In this document: one piece after another, positions 10,074 through 19,646 of the stretch
Numbering within the stretch: the stretch's first letter is position 1
How the letters are laid out: the number at the start of each line of letters is the position of its first letter
Origin: Candidatus Limnocylindria bacterium
Lineage (GTDB): Bacteria > Chloroflexota > Limnocylindria > QHBO01
Reading direction: 5' to 3'
Length of the DNA: 64,000 nucleotides
Assembly: GCA_038248895.1 (NCBI GenBank)
Contig: JBBRWZ010000001.1
Coordinates: 7,760-71,759 of the forward strand
The notes under the pieces: model-generated
Database searches by the model: none
The model's input: the letters and a program-made list of their open reading frames with translations, nothing else
What the model was told of the DNA's origin: nothing
Translations under genes and position numbers: made by a program

Positions 10074-10760
10074 TTATACGGGGAGGGACTCGATCTCTCC
10101 CCGGAGCGCCTCGGCGGAGGGGGTCGCGTTGATGCGGCGCAGGACGCTGCCACGACCGCGCGCGCTGAAGCTCACCAGGCTGTAGCCACCCGGATCCTGG
10201 TTGAGACGTCGCCGGTAATCGGCCATGGGCCAGCCGAGGAGCTGCGCCAGGACGACGCGGTTGACGTGGTTGTGGGCGACCACGATCGCCACCCGGCTGC
10301 GATCGGCGGCCGCCCAGGCGGTGAGGCGCTCGACGACCGGCATGGCGCGAGCGGCGACGTCGGCACCCGACTCGCCACCGGGGGTGCAGGTGCGGTACGG
10401 GTCGGACAGCCAGCGACCGCGGAGCTCGGGATCACGGGCGAGCGACTCGTCCGCCGTCAGGCCGTCCCAGGCGCCGTAGTCGATCTCGAGCAGGCCGCGT
10501 TCCAGTTCGATGTGCTCCGACCCGACGCCCAGCACGCGCGCCACCGGTGCCATCGTCTCGCGGCAGCGGCGAGCCGGGCTGCTGACGAGCCGGAGCTCGT
10601 CGTGCGGCAGCTCGAGCAGCTCCGCGGTGAGCGACGCGGCAAGTGCTTCGGCCAGGGCACGGCCGGCATCGGCCAATGGAAGGTCGCGCGACTGGCCGAG
10701 GTTGCGTCCCGCAGCGCTGTCGGCGGTCGTGGCGTGACGGACGAGGAAGAGGGAGCCCAC
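10074..10760 (-). CDS. Histidine phosphatase family protein (phosphoglycerate mutase-like)
   Basis: N-terminal LVRHA catalytic His motif and a conserved internal His (VAHNHV). 228 aa. Its stop overlaps a TATAAT hexamer just upstream of rpoN. Confidence 0.7.
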   Translation of the reverse strand: MGSLFLVRHATTADSAAGRNLGQSRDLPLADAGRALAEALAASLTAELLELPHDELRLVSSPARRCRETMAPVARVLGVGSEHIELERGLLEIDYGAWDGLTADESLARDPELRGRWLSDPYRTCTPGGESGADVAARAMPVVERLTAWAAADRSRVAIVVAHNHVNRVVLAQLLGWPMADYRRRLNQDPGGYSLVSFSARGRGSVLRRINATPSAEALRGEIESLPV

Positions 10761-10869
10761 GTCAGGAGTCTACGGGCCGGCCGCCGGATCGGCCCCGGGA
10801 GGCTGCGTTATGCTGTCGCGACCCCGCCTCATCCACCCGCGCTCGAGCGCGCTGCCCCAGGGAGCCCCG

Positions 10870-11607
10870 ATGACGTACGCCCCCGCCGCGCACGACCGCG
10901 ACGACCCCGAGGAGACCCCGTCCCCGACGCGACGCGGCCTCGGCTGCGCGTTCGAGATCGTCGAGACGCTGGTCCTGACGCTGATCATCTACCTCGTCAT
11001 CCACAACTTCATCGCGCAGCCGTTCGAGGTCCGGATGAGCTCCATGACGCCGACCATCCTCGAGTCGGAGTACATCCTCATCGACAAGATCAGCCCACGC
11101 TTCGCCGATTTCAAGCGCGGCGACATCATCGTCTTCCAGCCGCCGGAGGGATACCGCCAGGAGGGCGACATCCCCTTCATCAAGCGGATCATCGGCCTGC
11201 CCGGTGACACGGTCCAGTTCATCAACGGCTCGGTCTGGGTCACACCGCCGGGCGGCACTGCCACCGAGCTCGACGAACCGTACGTCGCCCGTGCCGGCGG
11301 GGCGCCGGTGCCGACGCAGTGCGCTCCGGTTGACTGCACCAGCGAGTGGCTCGTCCCCGAGGGGGACTATTTCGCCATGGGCGACAACCGGGGGGCGAGC
11401 CAGGACTCACGCGTCTTCGGACCGGTGTCGCGCGACTCGATCATCGGGCGCGCCTGGCTCCGCTACTTCCCCCTCGACCGGTTCGGCTTCGTCGGCCGGC
11501 CGCCGGGTGGCTACGCCGGGCTCCCCGACGGCGTCACCAGCGGCGGCACCGGCGCCGCCCCGCGTCCGCTGGCCATCGGCCCGCTGCCCCGCGCCGCCAT
11601 CCCGTAG
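10870..11607 (+). CDS. lepB: Signal peptidase I
   Basis: N-terminal TM segment. Catalytic Ser motif SMTPTI, plus the box D/E motifs GDNRGASQDSR. Start chosen at the Met preceding the TM segment. Confidence 0.85.
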   Translation: MTYAPAAHDRDDPEETPSPTRRGLGCAFEIVETLVLTLIIYLVIHNFIAQPFEVRMSSMTPTILESEYILIDKISPRFADFKRGDIIVFQPPEGYRQEGDIPFIKRIIGLPGDTVQFINGSVWVTPPGGTATELDEPYVARAGGAPVPTQCAPVDCTSEWLVPEGDYFAMGDNRGASQDSRVFGPVSRDSIIGRAWLRYFPLDRFGFVGRPPGGYAGLPDGVTSGGTGAAPRPLAIGPLPRAAIP

Positions 11608-11619
11608 CGTGGCGGTGAC

Positions 11620-12087
11620 TCAGCCGCGCGGCGGCTCCTCGGCGACCACCCAGCGGTCCACGTCCCGCTCGTAGTCGACCAGGGCGTCCGCACCGAACCA
11701 CAGCGCCAGCTCAGCGGCGGCCGTCTCGGGCGCGTCCGAGGCATGGATGAGGTTGCGCAGCCCGCTGATGCCCAGGTCGCCGCGGATCGTGCCCGGCTCA
11801 GCCTCGTTGGGCATCGTCTTGCCGACCATGCGTCGCACGGTGGCGATCGCATCGGGACCGTCGAGCGCCAGTGCGGCCACCGGGCCGGATGTGATGAAGT
11901 CGATGAGGCCGGCATAAAAGTGCTTGCCGGCGTGGACGGCGTAGTGGCGCTCCGCCAGCTCGGCGTCGACCAGCAGCAGGCGTAGGCCGGCCAGCTTGAG
12001 GCCCTTGCGCTCGAAGCGACCGATGATCGCGCCGACGAGGCCGCGCTGGACACCATCGGGCTTGACGAGGACGAGCGTGCGCTCCAT
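11620..12087 (-). CDS. ndk: Nucleoside diphosphate kinase, with a short C-terminal extension
   Basis: MERTLVLVKPDGVQRGLVG...NLIHASD motifs, including the active-site His. The internal Met has an AAGGAGA Shine-Dalgarno sequence, and the upstream Arg-rich part of the ORF is an artefact. Confidence 0.9.
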   Translation of the reverse strand: MERTLVLVKPDGVQRGLVGAIIGRFERKGLKLAGLRLLLVDAELAERHYAVHAGKHFYAGLIDFITSGPVAALALDGPDAIATVRRMVGKTMPNEAEPGTIRGDLGISGLRNLIHASDAPETAAAELALWFGADALVDYERDVDRWVVAEEPPRG

Positions 12088-12127
12088 CTGTCGGTTCTCC
12101 TTGTCTGCCGCGGCGCCGCGATGCGGG

Positions 12128-12889
12128 TCAGGACCGTCCGGCGCGGTCGTAGGCGGCCGCGGCATCCGCAGCTCGCCCGGCGGCGCGGAGGAGGTCGCCG
12201 TACAGTAGCAGACGCTCCGGCGGCGGCTCGGTCGTCGCCTCATGCGCGAGCATCCCCTCGAGCAGCGCGATCCCCGCCCCGGCGATGCGTGCATCGAGAC
12301 GAAGTCCCAGCATCAGCTCGCGATCGCCGCGCGCCGGCTCATCCGCACCGTATGCCTGCCGCGCCGCCTCGAGCCGGGCATGCGCAGCGGCCGTGCGTGC
12401 CGGCTCGTCCGCCGGCAGCGGCGCGGTGAACGGCGCCTGCACCGGCCGTGCCGTGCCGGGGCGCATCGACGCCGGCACGGGCCACGCGACGCGCCCCGGC
12501 ACGCCGCCGCGGATGCGCCACGCGTCATCGATCCCAACCGCCGCCAGCGCAGTCTCGGCGGCAGCGACCGCGCCTGCATCGTCACCGCCCGCGGCAGCGG
12601 CCTCGGCGGCGATGATCGCCACCACCGGCCGGCGCCGCTCCGGGCTCGACGGTCGCATCGCCGCCAGCGCCGCGCCCGCGGCTCGGTGGCGCCCCTGGCG
12701 CCACAGGGCCTCGGCGAGCAGCTCCTGCGCGGCATCGAGCTCGTCCCGCGAGCCGCCCTCCACCGAGATCTCGGCGATGCGGCGTCGCAGCGTCGCCTCG
12801 GCCAGGGGCGCCATGCCGGAGGCGAGCTGGCTGCGGGCCAGGGCGAGCTCGTCCGGGACCAGGTCGACGATGTACGCCTCGTCGCTCAT
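12128..12889 (-). CDS. Hypothetical Ala-rich helical (TPR-like) protein
   Basis: 253 aa, helical repeat-like. Its ATG overlaps the stop of the M16 peptidase gene as ATGA, suggesting translational coupling. Confidence 0.5.
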   Translation of the reverse strand: MSDEAYIVDLVPDELALARSQLASGMAPLAEATLRRRIAEISVEGGSRDELDAAQELLAEALWRQGRHRAAGAALAAMRPSSPERRRPVVAIIAAEAAAAGGDDAGAVAAAETALAAVGIDDAWRIRGGVPGRVAWPVPASMRPGTARPVQAPFTAPLPADEPARTAAAHARLEAARQAYGADEPARGDRELMLGLRLDARIAGAGIALLEGMLAHEATTEPPPERLLLYGDLLRAAGRAADAAAAYDRAGRS

Positions 12890-14235
12890 GCTGCGGACCA
12901 CGGTCGAAGGGCGCGCGCGAAGCGGGAGCGACCGCGAAACGGGCCGAGGACGGCAACCCGCAGCTGGTCGGGACGAACCCAGCGGCGGGCGACGCGCAGC
13001 AGGTCCGCGGATGTGATCGCCTCGAGCTCGGCCACCACCTCCTCGACGGTCAGGATGTGCGGCAGCAGGCTCTCCCCCATCCCCAACCAGGCCGCCACGG
13101 CGCCCGTCTCCTCCATCCGCAGCTCCAGGCGGCCCCGGGTGTAGGCACGGGCACGCTCGAGCTCATGCGCCGCCACCGGCTCGGTGCATACGCGCTCGAG
13201 CTCACGGGCGATTGCGGCGACCACCTCCTCCGCATGGTCGGGATCGAACCCGGCGTGGACGCCGAAGGTGCCGCAGTCCGCATAGCTGGTGGCGAATGTG
13301 GAGACGTCGTAGGCCAGCGAGCGACGCTCGCGGAGCTCGAGGAAGAGCCTGCTGCTCATCCCGTCGCCGAGCACGGCGCCAAGCAGGTCGAGGGCCCACC
13401 GATCCGGGTCGTTGCGGCTCACGCCGGGCATGCCGAGGCAGACGTTCCCCTGGGCGAGGTCGCGGTGGAGCACGCGCAGCGCCCCTGCCGCCGTCGGTCG
13501 CGGTCGGCCGAACGGGATGGCAGCGCGTCTGGGTCGCGCGGTCGGACGGCCCGGCGGCACATCGGTCCACCAGCCGGCCGCGTGATGCGCCACCTCGTCG
13601 TGCTCGATGGCACCCGCGACGGCGAGCACCACGTGCGCCGGTCGGTACCAGCGCGCCCAGTGGTCGCGGACGGCTGCGTGGGTGGCGCGGCGCACGCTGC
13701 GCGGCGTGCCGGCGATCTCGCGACCAAGGGGATGGGTGCCGAAGAGCAGCTCGTCGAAGAGCGTGAAGACATGGTCACCCGGCGAGTCGACGTACATCCG
13801 GATCTCGTCGACGATCACCGGCTTCTCCGCCGAGAGGTCGGCGTGCCGCAGAAGCGGCGACTCCACGAGCTCGTCGATCACGTCGAGCGCCCGGTCCGCA
13901 TGCGCGGCCGGCACCTTCGATGCGTAGACCGTCAGCTCGCGGTCGGTGCTGGCGTTGACGCTGCCGCCGACCGACTCGATCGCCTCGGAGAGCCCCCCAG
14001 GGGCCGGATGGGCAACGGTCCCCTTGAAGACCAGGTGCTCGAGCAGGTGCGAGAGCCCGGCCTGCGGCGCTCCCTCGTGGCGCGACCCGACGCCGACGAA
14101 GAGGGCGGCCGAGACGGAGCGCGCATGCGGCATCGACTGGGTCACGACCCGCAGGCCGCTCGGCAGGACCGAACGTCGGTGGGTGACCGCGCCGCGCCGA
14201 GCGGTCGCGCTGCGCCGCCGGGCGGCGGTCGGCAC
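12886..14235 (-). CDS. M16 family zinc peptidase (insulinase/pitrilysin-like)
   Basis: The inverted zinc-binding motif HLLEHLVFKGT (HxxEH) appears near the N-terminus. 449 aa. The N-terminal extent is uncertain. Confidence 0.8.
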   Translation of the reverse strand: MPTAARRRSATARRGAVTHRRSVLPSGLRVVTQSMPHARSVSAALFVGVGSRHEGAPQAGLSHLLEHLVFKGTVAHPAPGGLSEAIESVGGSVNASTDRELTVYASKVPAAHADRALDVIDELVESPLLRHADLSAEKPVIVDEIRMYVDSPGDHVFTLFDELLFGTHPLGREIAGTPRSVRRATHAAVRDHWARWYRPAHVVLAVAGAIEHDEVAHHAAGWWTDVPPGRPTARPRRAAIPFGRPRPTAAGALRVLHRDLAQGNVCLGMPGVSRNDPDRWALDLLGAVLGDGMSSRLFLELRERRSLAYDVSTFATSYADCGTFGVHAGFDPDHAEEVVAAIARELERVCTEPVAAHELERARAYTRGRLELRMEETGAVAAWLGMGESLLPHILTVEEVVAELEAITSADLLRVARRWVRPDQLRVAVLGPFRGRSRFARALRPWSAA

Positions 14236-14236
14236 G

Positions 14237-14704
14237 CTAGGCGTCCTCGTCCTCGTCGGTGCCGTCCGGCGCCATCAGCAGCTCCATCTGGATGTAGCGC
14301 AGGTCGCGGGCGAGCTCCGCCTGCGTGCGCGGGAGCGGCCGGCCGGCGCCGATCTCATCGTCATCGGTCAGGCTCGGCAGGCTGTTGGCGAACTCGATGA
14401 CCACCCGCTCGTTGCCGATGACCAGCGTGTAGACGAGCAGCTGCTCGGACGTGGTGTCGAACTGCAGGTAATCGAACGAGTCGAGGTTGAGGCAGATCGA
14501 GAGCGGCGTGAAGTAGCTGGCGATCTCGGGATGATCGACCACGATCCGCTCCACCCAGCCGGTGCCGCTGCTGGCCACCGCGCTGCCGCGGTAGTAGACG
14601 TAGCTCACCGTCTGCTTCAGCAGGGGCCGGAGGATGTTGTAGATATCGCTCCGGTTGGTGACGACGCCGGTGTTGATGTACAGCTTGGCGCGAGCGTCGG
14701 TCAT
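14237..14704 (-). CDS. Hypothetical protein with an acidic C-terminus, possibly a YbjN-like small alpha/beta protein
   Basis: 155 aa from the internal Met (MTDARAKLYINTG...). No confident family assignment. Directly upstream of the M16 peptidase gene with a 1-nt gap. Confidence 0.45.
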   Translation of the reverse strand: MTDARAKLYINTGVVTNRSDIYNILRPLLKQTVSYVYYRGSAVASSGTGWVERIVVDHPEIASYFTPLSICLNLDSFDYLQFDTTSEQLLVYTLVIGNERVVIEFANSLPSLTDDDEIGAGRPLPRTQAELARDLRYIQMELLMAPDGTDEDEDA

Positions 14705-14810
14705 CGGTGCCGGCGAGTCTAGCACCGTGCCTCGGGCGCCCGTGCCATGCCGGCGCCACGCTCGGGAGGACGGTATCCGGACCGATCCGTTCCGGCTAGC
14801 ATGGGCGGCG

Positions 14811-15641
14811 ATGCAGCTCCTCGCCGTCGACATCGGCAACACGAACCTGACGCTCGGCCTCTTCGATGGGGAGCGGCTGGCGGGATCGTGGCGCGCCACC
14901 ACGCGCCGCGCCGCCACCGTCGACGAGCTCGCCTCGCAGGTGACCGGCCTCCTGGGCCTCGACGGCTACGAGCTGGGCAGCGTCGACGCGGTCGCCATTG
15001 CGTCGGTGGTGCCGTCGGCTACGGCCACGCTCGACCGCCTGGTCCGCGACCGATTGGGGGTCGTGCCGCTGCTCGTCGACGCATCGTCGCTGGACGGCAC
15101 GCTCCAGATTCGCATCGACCGCCCCGCGGAGGCGGGTGCGGACCGCCTCGCCAACGCGCTCGCCGCCTGGCGCGAATACGGCGGTCCCGCCATCGTCGTC
15201 GACCTCGGCACGAGCACGAACTTCGATCTCGTCAGCCACGACGGGGCCTACGTCGGCGGCGCCATCGCGCCGGGGATGGGGCTCTCCCTCGAGGCGCTGG
15301 TGGGGCGTGCCAGCACGCTGCCCCGGATCGAGCTGCGGCGGCCGCCGCGCGCCATCGGCACCAACACCGTCCACGCGATGCAATCGGGCGCGGTGCTCGG
15401 CTACATCGGCCTCGTCAGCGGACTCCTCACCGCCCTCCGCAGCGAGCTCGCCGAGGCATCCCCGGCGGACAGCCGGATCACCGTCATCGCCACCGGCGGC
15501 TACACGTTCGAGCCGTGGCTGGCCGAGGTACCGGGGATCGACGCCGTCGAGCCGGACCTGACGCTGCGCGGCATCCGCTATGCGTGGCAGGCGGCGCGCA
15601 CCGCCGCCGCGGCGGCTGACGGCGGGGAGGCACGCGCATGA
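14811..15641 (+). CDS. coaX: Type III pantothenate kinase
   Basis: MQLLAVDIGNTN... acetate/sugar kinase fold. The glycine-rich motifs are typical of CoaX. Start taken at the Met beginning the DIGNT motif. Confidence 0.85.
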   Translation: MQLLAVDIGNTNLTLGLFDGERLAGSWRATTRRAATVDELASQVTGLLGLDGYELGSVDAVAIASVVPSATATLDRLVRDRLGVVPLLVDASSLDGTLQIRIDRPAEAGADRLANALAAWREYGGPAIVVDLGTSTNFDLVSHDGAYVGGAIAPGMGLSLEALVGRASTLPRIELRRPPRAIGTNTVHAMQSGAVLGYIGLVSGLLTALRSELAEASPADSRITVIATGGYTFEPWLAEVPGIDAVEPDLTLRGIRYAWQAARTAAAAADGGEARA

Positions 15642-16909
15642 GCGAGTCGCACACCACCCTGGCCGGGCGGCGCATCGTGGTCGGCGTCTCCGGCAGCATC
15701 GCCGCCTACAAGGCCGTTGCGCTCGTCCGCCTTCTCGTGGAGCACGGCGCCGTGGTCGATGTCGCCATGACCCCCTCGGCGACGAGCTTCATCGGCCCCC
15801 TGACGTTCGAATCGCTCACGCACCGGCCGGTGCTGACCGACATCCTCGAGCTCGACCGCGACCAGCAGATCGCTCACATCGAGCTCGCCGAGGCGGCGGA
15901 CGCGGTGGTGGTGGCCCCGGCGACGGCCAACATGCTGGCGGTCCTCGCCGCCGGGCTCGTCCAGGACGCGGTGAGCGCCATCGCGTGTGCATCGCGCGCC
16001 CCGGTCATCGTCGCCCCGGCGATGGACGCCGGAATGTGGACCCACGCGGCGACGCAGCGCAACGCGGAGACGCTGCGTGGCTTCGGCTACCGTGTGGTTG
16101 AGCCGGAAGTGGGCGCGCTGGCGAGCGGGCTCACCGGCGTCGGCCGCCTCGCCGAGCCCGCCACCATCCTCGACGCGGTCGAGCGGCTCTTCGAGCGAGC
16201 CGGCGACCTGGACGGCATCCGGGTGGTGGTGAGCGCCGGTGGCACGCGGGAGCCGATCGACCCGGTGCGATTCATCGGCAACCGCTCGAGCGGCAAGATG
16301 GGCGCGGCGATCGCCGAGGCGGCCCGCGACCGCGGCGCATCGGTGACCCTGATCGCCGGCGCCATGAGCGTCACGCCGCCGCGTGGTGTGGAGGTGATCA
16401 ACGCCACCACCGCGGCCGCGATGCGCGAGGCGGTGCTGCGCCATGCGCCAGGGACGGAGATCCTGGTGATGGCGGCCGCCGTCGCCGATTTCGCCCCGCA
16501 GCGCGCATCGGGACGCAAGATCAAGCGCGAGGGAAGCTCCCTGGCGATCACGCTGCTCCCCAACCCCGACATCATCGCCGAGGTGGGCGAGATGCCTGTC
16601 GAGGTCAGGCCGTTCCTCATCGGCTTCGCGGCCGAGAGCGACGACCTCGAGGCGAATGCGGGCGCCAAGCTGCGCGAAAAGGGGCTCGACCTCATCGTCG
16701 GCAACGTCGTCGGCGGGCCGTTCGACGCCATCGGCTCCGATGAGAACAAGGTGACCGTCTTCGGCGCCGAGGGACCGCTGACCGATTGGCCGATGCTGCC
16801 CAAGCGCCAGGTCGCCGAGCGACTCTGGGACCTCATCGCCGACCGGTGGCGTGCCGCCCGTCCCGGCGATGCGACGCCGTCCCGCACCCGTCGGACGCGT
16901 CGCCGATGA
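15638..16909 (+). CDS. coaBC: Bifunctional phosphopantothenoylcysteine decarboxylase / phosphopantothenate-cysteine ligase
   Basis: An N-terminal flavoprotein domain (VGVSGSIAAYKA) and a C-terminal CoaB domain. 4-nt ATGA overlap with coaX. Confidence 0.9.
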   Translation: MSESHTTLAGRRIVVGVSGSIAAYKAVALVRLLVEHGAVVDVAMTPSATSFIGPLTFESLTHRPVLTDILELDRDQQIAHIELAEAADAVVVAPATANMLAVLAAGLVQDAVSAIACASRAPVIVAPAMDAGMWTHAATQRNAETLRGFGYRVVEPEVGALASGLTGVGRLAEPATILDAVERLFERAGDLDGIRVVVSAGGTREPIDPVRFIGNRSSGKMGAAIAEAARDRGASVTLIAGAMSVTPPRGVEVINATTAAAMREAVLRHAPGTEILVMAAAVADFAPQRASGRKIKREGSSLAITLLPNPDIIAEVGEMPVEVRPFLIGFAAESDDLEANAGAKLREKGLDLIVGNVVGGPFDAIGSDENKVTVFGAEGPLTDWPMLPKRQVAERLWDLIADRWRAARPGDATPSRTRRTRRR

Positions 16910-17772
16910 GGGTCGTCGAGGACGTCGACGCCCTGCGCACGATCATCCTCGAACGGCGCATCGCCGGCGACGCGATCGGATACGTGCCCACCATGGGGGC
17001 GATCCATGACGGCCAGCGGTCCCTCGTCCGACGCTCGTCGGAGATGCACGGCTGCACCGTCGTCTCGGTGTTCGGCAACCCGGCCGAGTGGCGCGTCCTC
17101 GACGAGGGAGGTGACGCGATCCGCGACCACGCCCGCGACCTCGCGCTGCTCGAGAGTGCCGGCGCCGACGTCGTCTTCCGACCCAGCGTCGCGGCGCTCT
17201 ACCCGCCGGACGACCTGACGCGCGTCACCGTCGAAGGCCTCACACGGCAGCTCGAGGGGGCATCCCGTCCTGGCCACCTCGACGGCCTGACCACGGTCAT
17301 GCTCAAGCTGATCCACCTCACCGGGCCAGCCACCGTATATCTCGGTCAGAAACATGCGCAGCAGGTGGTCGTCCTGCGCCGGATGATTCGCGACCTCTTC
17401 CTCAACGTGGAGGTGGTGGCCTGTCCCACCGTCCGCGACCCGGACGGCCTGGCCATGTCGAGCGCGAACGCGCGCCTCTCCATTGAGCAGCGTCATGCCG
17501 CGACCTGCCTCCACGCCGCGATACGCGCGGCATCCGACGCGTACGACGGCGGCGAGCGATCAGCCGAGGTGCTCCGCGCCCGGATGTCCGAGATCCTCGA
17601 GGCCGAGACGATGGCGCGCGTCGACTACGTGTCGGTGGCCGATGCCGGCAACCTCGCCGAGCTGCAGCGCGTCACCGGCCCGGCGCTCGCGATGGTGGCG
17701 GCGTGGATCGGGCGCACCCGGCTCACCGACGTCATGCCGCTTGCGTGGGACGTGGCCCCGCCTGCGACGTGA
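16906..17772 (+). CDS. panC: Pantoate--beta-alanine ligase
   Basis: YVPTMGAIHDGQ (the HIGH-like motif of PanC) and the later conserved regions. ATGA overlap with the coaBC stop. Confidence 0.85.
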   Translation: MRVVEDVDALRTIILERRIAGDAIGYVPTMGAIHDGQRSLVRRSSEMHGCTVVSVFGNPAEWRVLDEGGDAIRDHARDLALLESAGADVVFRPSVAALYPPDDLTRVTVEGLTRQLEGASRPGHLDGLTTVMLKLIHLTGPATVYLGQKHAQQVVVLRRMIRDLFLNVEVVACPTVRDPDGLAMSSANARLSIEQRHAATCLHAAIRAASDAYDGGERSAEVLRARMSEILEAETMARVDYVSVADAGNLAELQRVTGPALAMVAAWIGRTRLTDVMPLAWDVAPPAT

Positions 17773-17893
17773 CGGCCGTCACCGGCCGCAGCGTGGGGAC
17801 GCCGAAAGTACCAGTGACGGCGCGTGCGGTGCTTCTATGATCCGGCGTGTCACCGCGACCTGAGGTCTCGTACTTCATGTGTCGCGTGCATCA

Positions 17894-17928
17894 GGGGAGA
17901 CCGACGAGTGCCCGCGTTCGGTCTCCCC
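17894..17928. terminator. 11-bp perfect-stem hairpin between the convergent panC and Pta-N-like genes. Putative bidirectional terminator.
   Basis: GGGGAGACCGA-N13-TCGGTCTCCCC inverted repeat, followed by TTCCTCAT on the plus strand. Confidence 0.45.
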
Positions 17929-17955
17929 TTCCTCATGCCCAGGCCGGGCTGCGAA

Positions 17956-19044
17956 TCAGAGCCGCTCCATGAGCGCGTCGACGTCGAGCGCGCGGCCGAC
18001 GAGCTCGATGATCGTCGAGATCTTCTCCGTATCGGACGGATGCGTCTTGACGAGGATCTCGTCCACATCACGCGCGGTCCGATAGGTATCGGTCCCGACC
18101 AGGTACGTGAAGACGTCGGCGGCGCGGAGGTCGCGCAGGATCGCCTCGCCGGGCCGGAAGCCGCCGCTCAGGATGACGCCGGTCACGCTCGGCGACGACC
18201 GAGGGCCGCGGTTGATGTCGATCGCCGCGCGGAGCAGGTCCTCGCGATCGCCCGGGGTGATGAGCAGGGTTCGATCACCAAGCAGCTCCACCGCGTGGCC
18301 GGCCTGCATCGCGCCGATGGAGACCTGACCGATGATCCGGTTCGGGGCAGCCTCGCCGGCGAGCAGCTCGCCTTCGAGGTGCGTCACGATCAGCTCAAGC
18401 GACGGGTTGGCGAGGAACTCGCTGAAGCCGATGCAGCCCAGGAGCGGCACCCCCTGCTGCGCGAGCCCGCGGGCGAGGATCTCCGGCAGCTCCGGGCGCC
18501 CCGCGATGTCCACCTTGTTGACGACCGCCCCGACGACACGGACGTCGTGGCGCGCGAAGAGGGCCGCATTGAGCGCGATCTCGTCGATCGGGCGACCCAC
18601 GCCACCCTCGCTGACGATCACCACCGGCGCATCGAGGAGGCGCGCCGCACGGGCATTGGAGAGGCCGACCACCGCCCCGACGCCGGCGTGCCCGGTGCCC
18701 TCCACGACCACCAGCTCCTTGTCGCGCGCGACCCGGCCATAGGCAGCGGTGACCTGCGCGCCGAGGTCGTCGTGGATGCGGCCCATCACGAAGTCGGTCG
18801 TGAAGTGGCGTGGCAGCGTCACCGGGCTCATGTCGTTGAGCGCGTCCGGGAGGTCGAAGACCTCCTTCATGAGGACCGCGTCCTCGTCGGCACGAACGCC
18901 CTCGACGAGGAGCGTCCGCTGCCCAACCGGCTTCATGAAGCCGAGGCGGTGGCCCTCCCGCAGGAACGCGGCGATGAGGCCCAGGCTCGTGGTCGTCTTG
19001 CCGCGATTCTGCCCGGTCGCGGCCAGGAAGACGCGGTGCGTCAC
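17956..19044 (-). CDS. Phosphotransacetylase N-terminal-domain-like protein (BioD/CobQ-like P-loop fold plus DRTGG domain)
   Basis: N-terminal ATGQNRGKTTTSLGL Walker-A-like motif as in the Pta N-domain. A C-terminal DRTGG-type segment (ITPGDREDLL). 362 aa, no acetyltransferase domain. Confidence 0.6.
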   Translation of the reverse strand: MTHRVFLAATGQNRGKTTTSLGLIAAFLREGHRLGFMKPVGQRTLLVEGVRADEDAVLMKEVFDLPDALNDMSPVTLPRHFTTDFVMGRIHDDLGAQVTAAYGRVARDKELVVVEGTGHAGVGAVVGLSNARAARLLDAPVVIVSEGGVGRPIDEIALNAALFARHDVRVVGAVVNKVDIAGRPELPEILARGLAQQGVPLLGCIGFSEFLANPSLELIVTHLEGELLAGEAAPNRIIGQVSIGAMQAGHAVELLGDRTLLITPGDREDLLRAAIDINRGPRSSPSVTGVILSGGFRPGEAILRDLRAADVFTYLVGTDTYRTARDVDEILVKTHPSDTEKISTIIELVGRALDVDALMERL

Positions 19045-19646
19045 CCCCGCGCGGTGGTGCGGCGTTCGATGAGCTCGACACCCTCGCGCAGTCGCGTGAC
19101 CAGCTCGCGATCGAGGAGGTCGGGCGTGAGGTGCTCGCCGAGGTGCTCCATCATGTCGGCGGCCATGCTGAGCAGGACGTCCGCATCGGCGATGAAGAAC
19201 TGCGGCTCGTTGTTGTAGCGGACCAGGGTGAGGCGACCCTGGAGCGTGGTCCCCGACTCCGCGTGCGAGATCTGCGTCCCGAAGTTGTGGCCCTGGATGC
19301 CGTCGGGGTTGTTGAGGAAGTTGAGGGCATTGTCGATGGCGAGCCCGAAGCGGGCCCGCCAGCCGACGATCCGCTCATGGACCTCCGGCGGAAGGCCCAT
19401 CTCACCGATCTCCTCGAAGACCTCGCGATCGACGGTGAGGAGGCCGACCAGCGTCGAGCCGGCACGCGCGCCGAGCATGACCTGCAGCGAGCGCTCGAGG
19501 GTGAAGACGTCGGAGTCGAAGCGCGGCGAGGTGGTCACCTCGGCGAGCAGGTCCTCGACGTTGTCGAGCGCGTTCACGTCGGCGAGCGCCGTGGCGAGGT
19601 TGAGGATCTCCTCGCGGAAGAGGAATCGCTCCTCGTGGTCGAGCAT
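19041..19646 (-). CDS. Hypothetical protein in the gdh operon. The start could also be 19703.
   Basis: About 200 aa with no recognisable motif. Its stop overlaps the downstream Pta-N-like start as ATGA. It lies 22-80 nt downstream of gdhA. Confidence 0.45.
   Translation of the reverse strand: MLDHEERFLFREEILNLATALADVNALDNVEDLLAEVTTSPRFDSDVFTLERSLQVMLGARAGSTLVGLLTVDREVFEEIGEMGLPPEVHERIVGWRARFGLAIDNALNFLNNPDGIQGHNFGTQISHAESGTTLQGRLTLVRYNNEPQFFIADADVLLSMAADMMEHLGEHLTPDLLDRELVTRLREGVELIERRTTARG

Noticed and set aside
10063-10078. Perfect TATAAT hexamer 60 nt upstream of rpoN as a promoter -10
   Set aside because: The hexamer is partly created by the TAA stop codon of the upstream phosphatase gene, and no -35 partner is visible. 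I mention it only as a weak possibility, and rpoN may simply be co-transcribed with the phosphatase.
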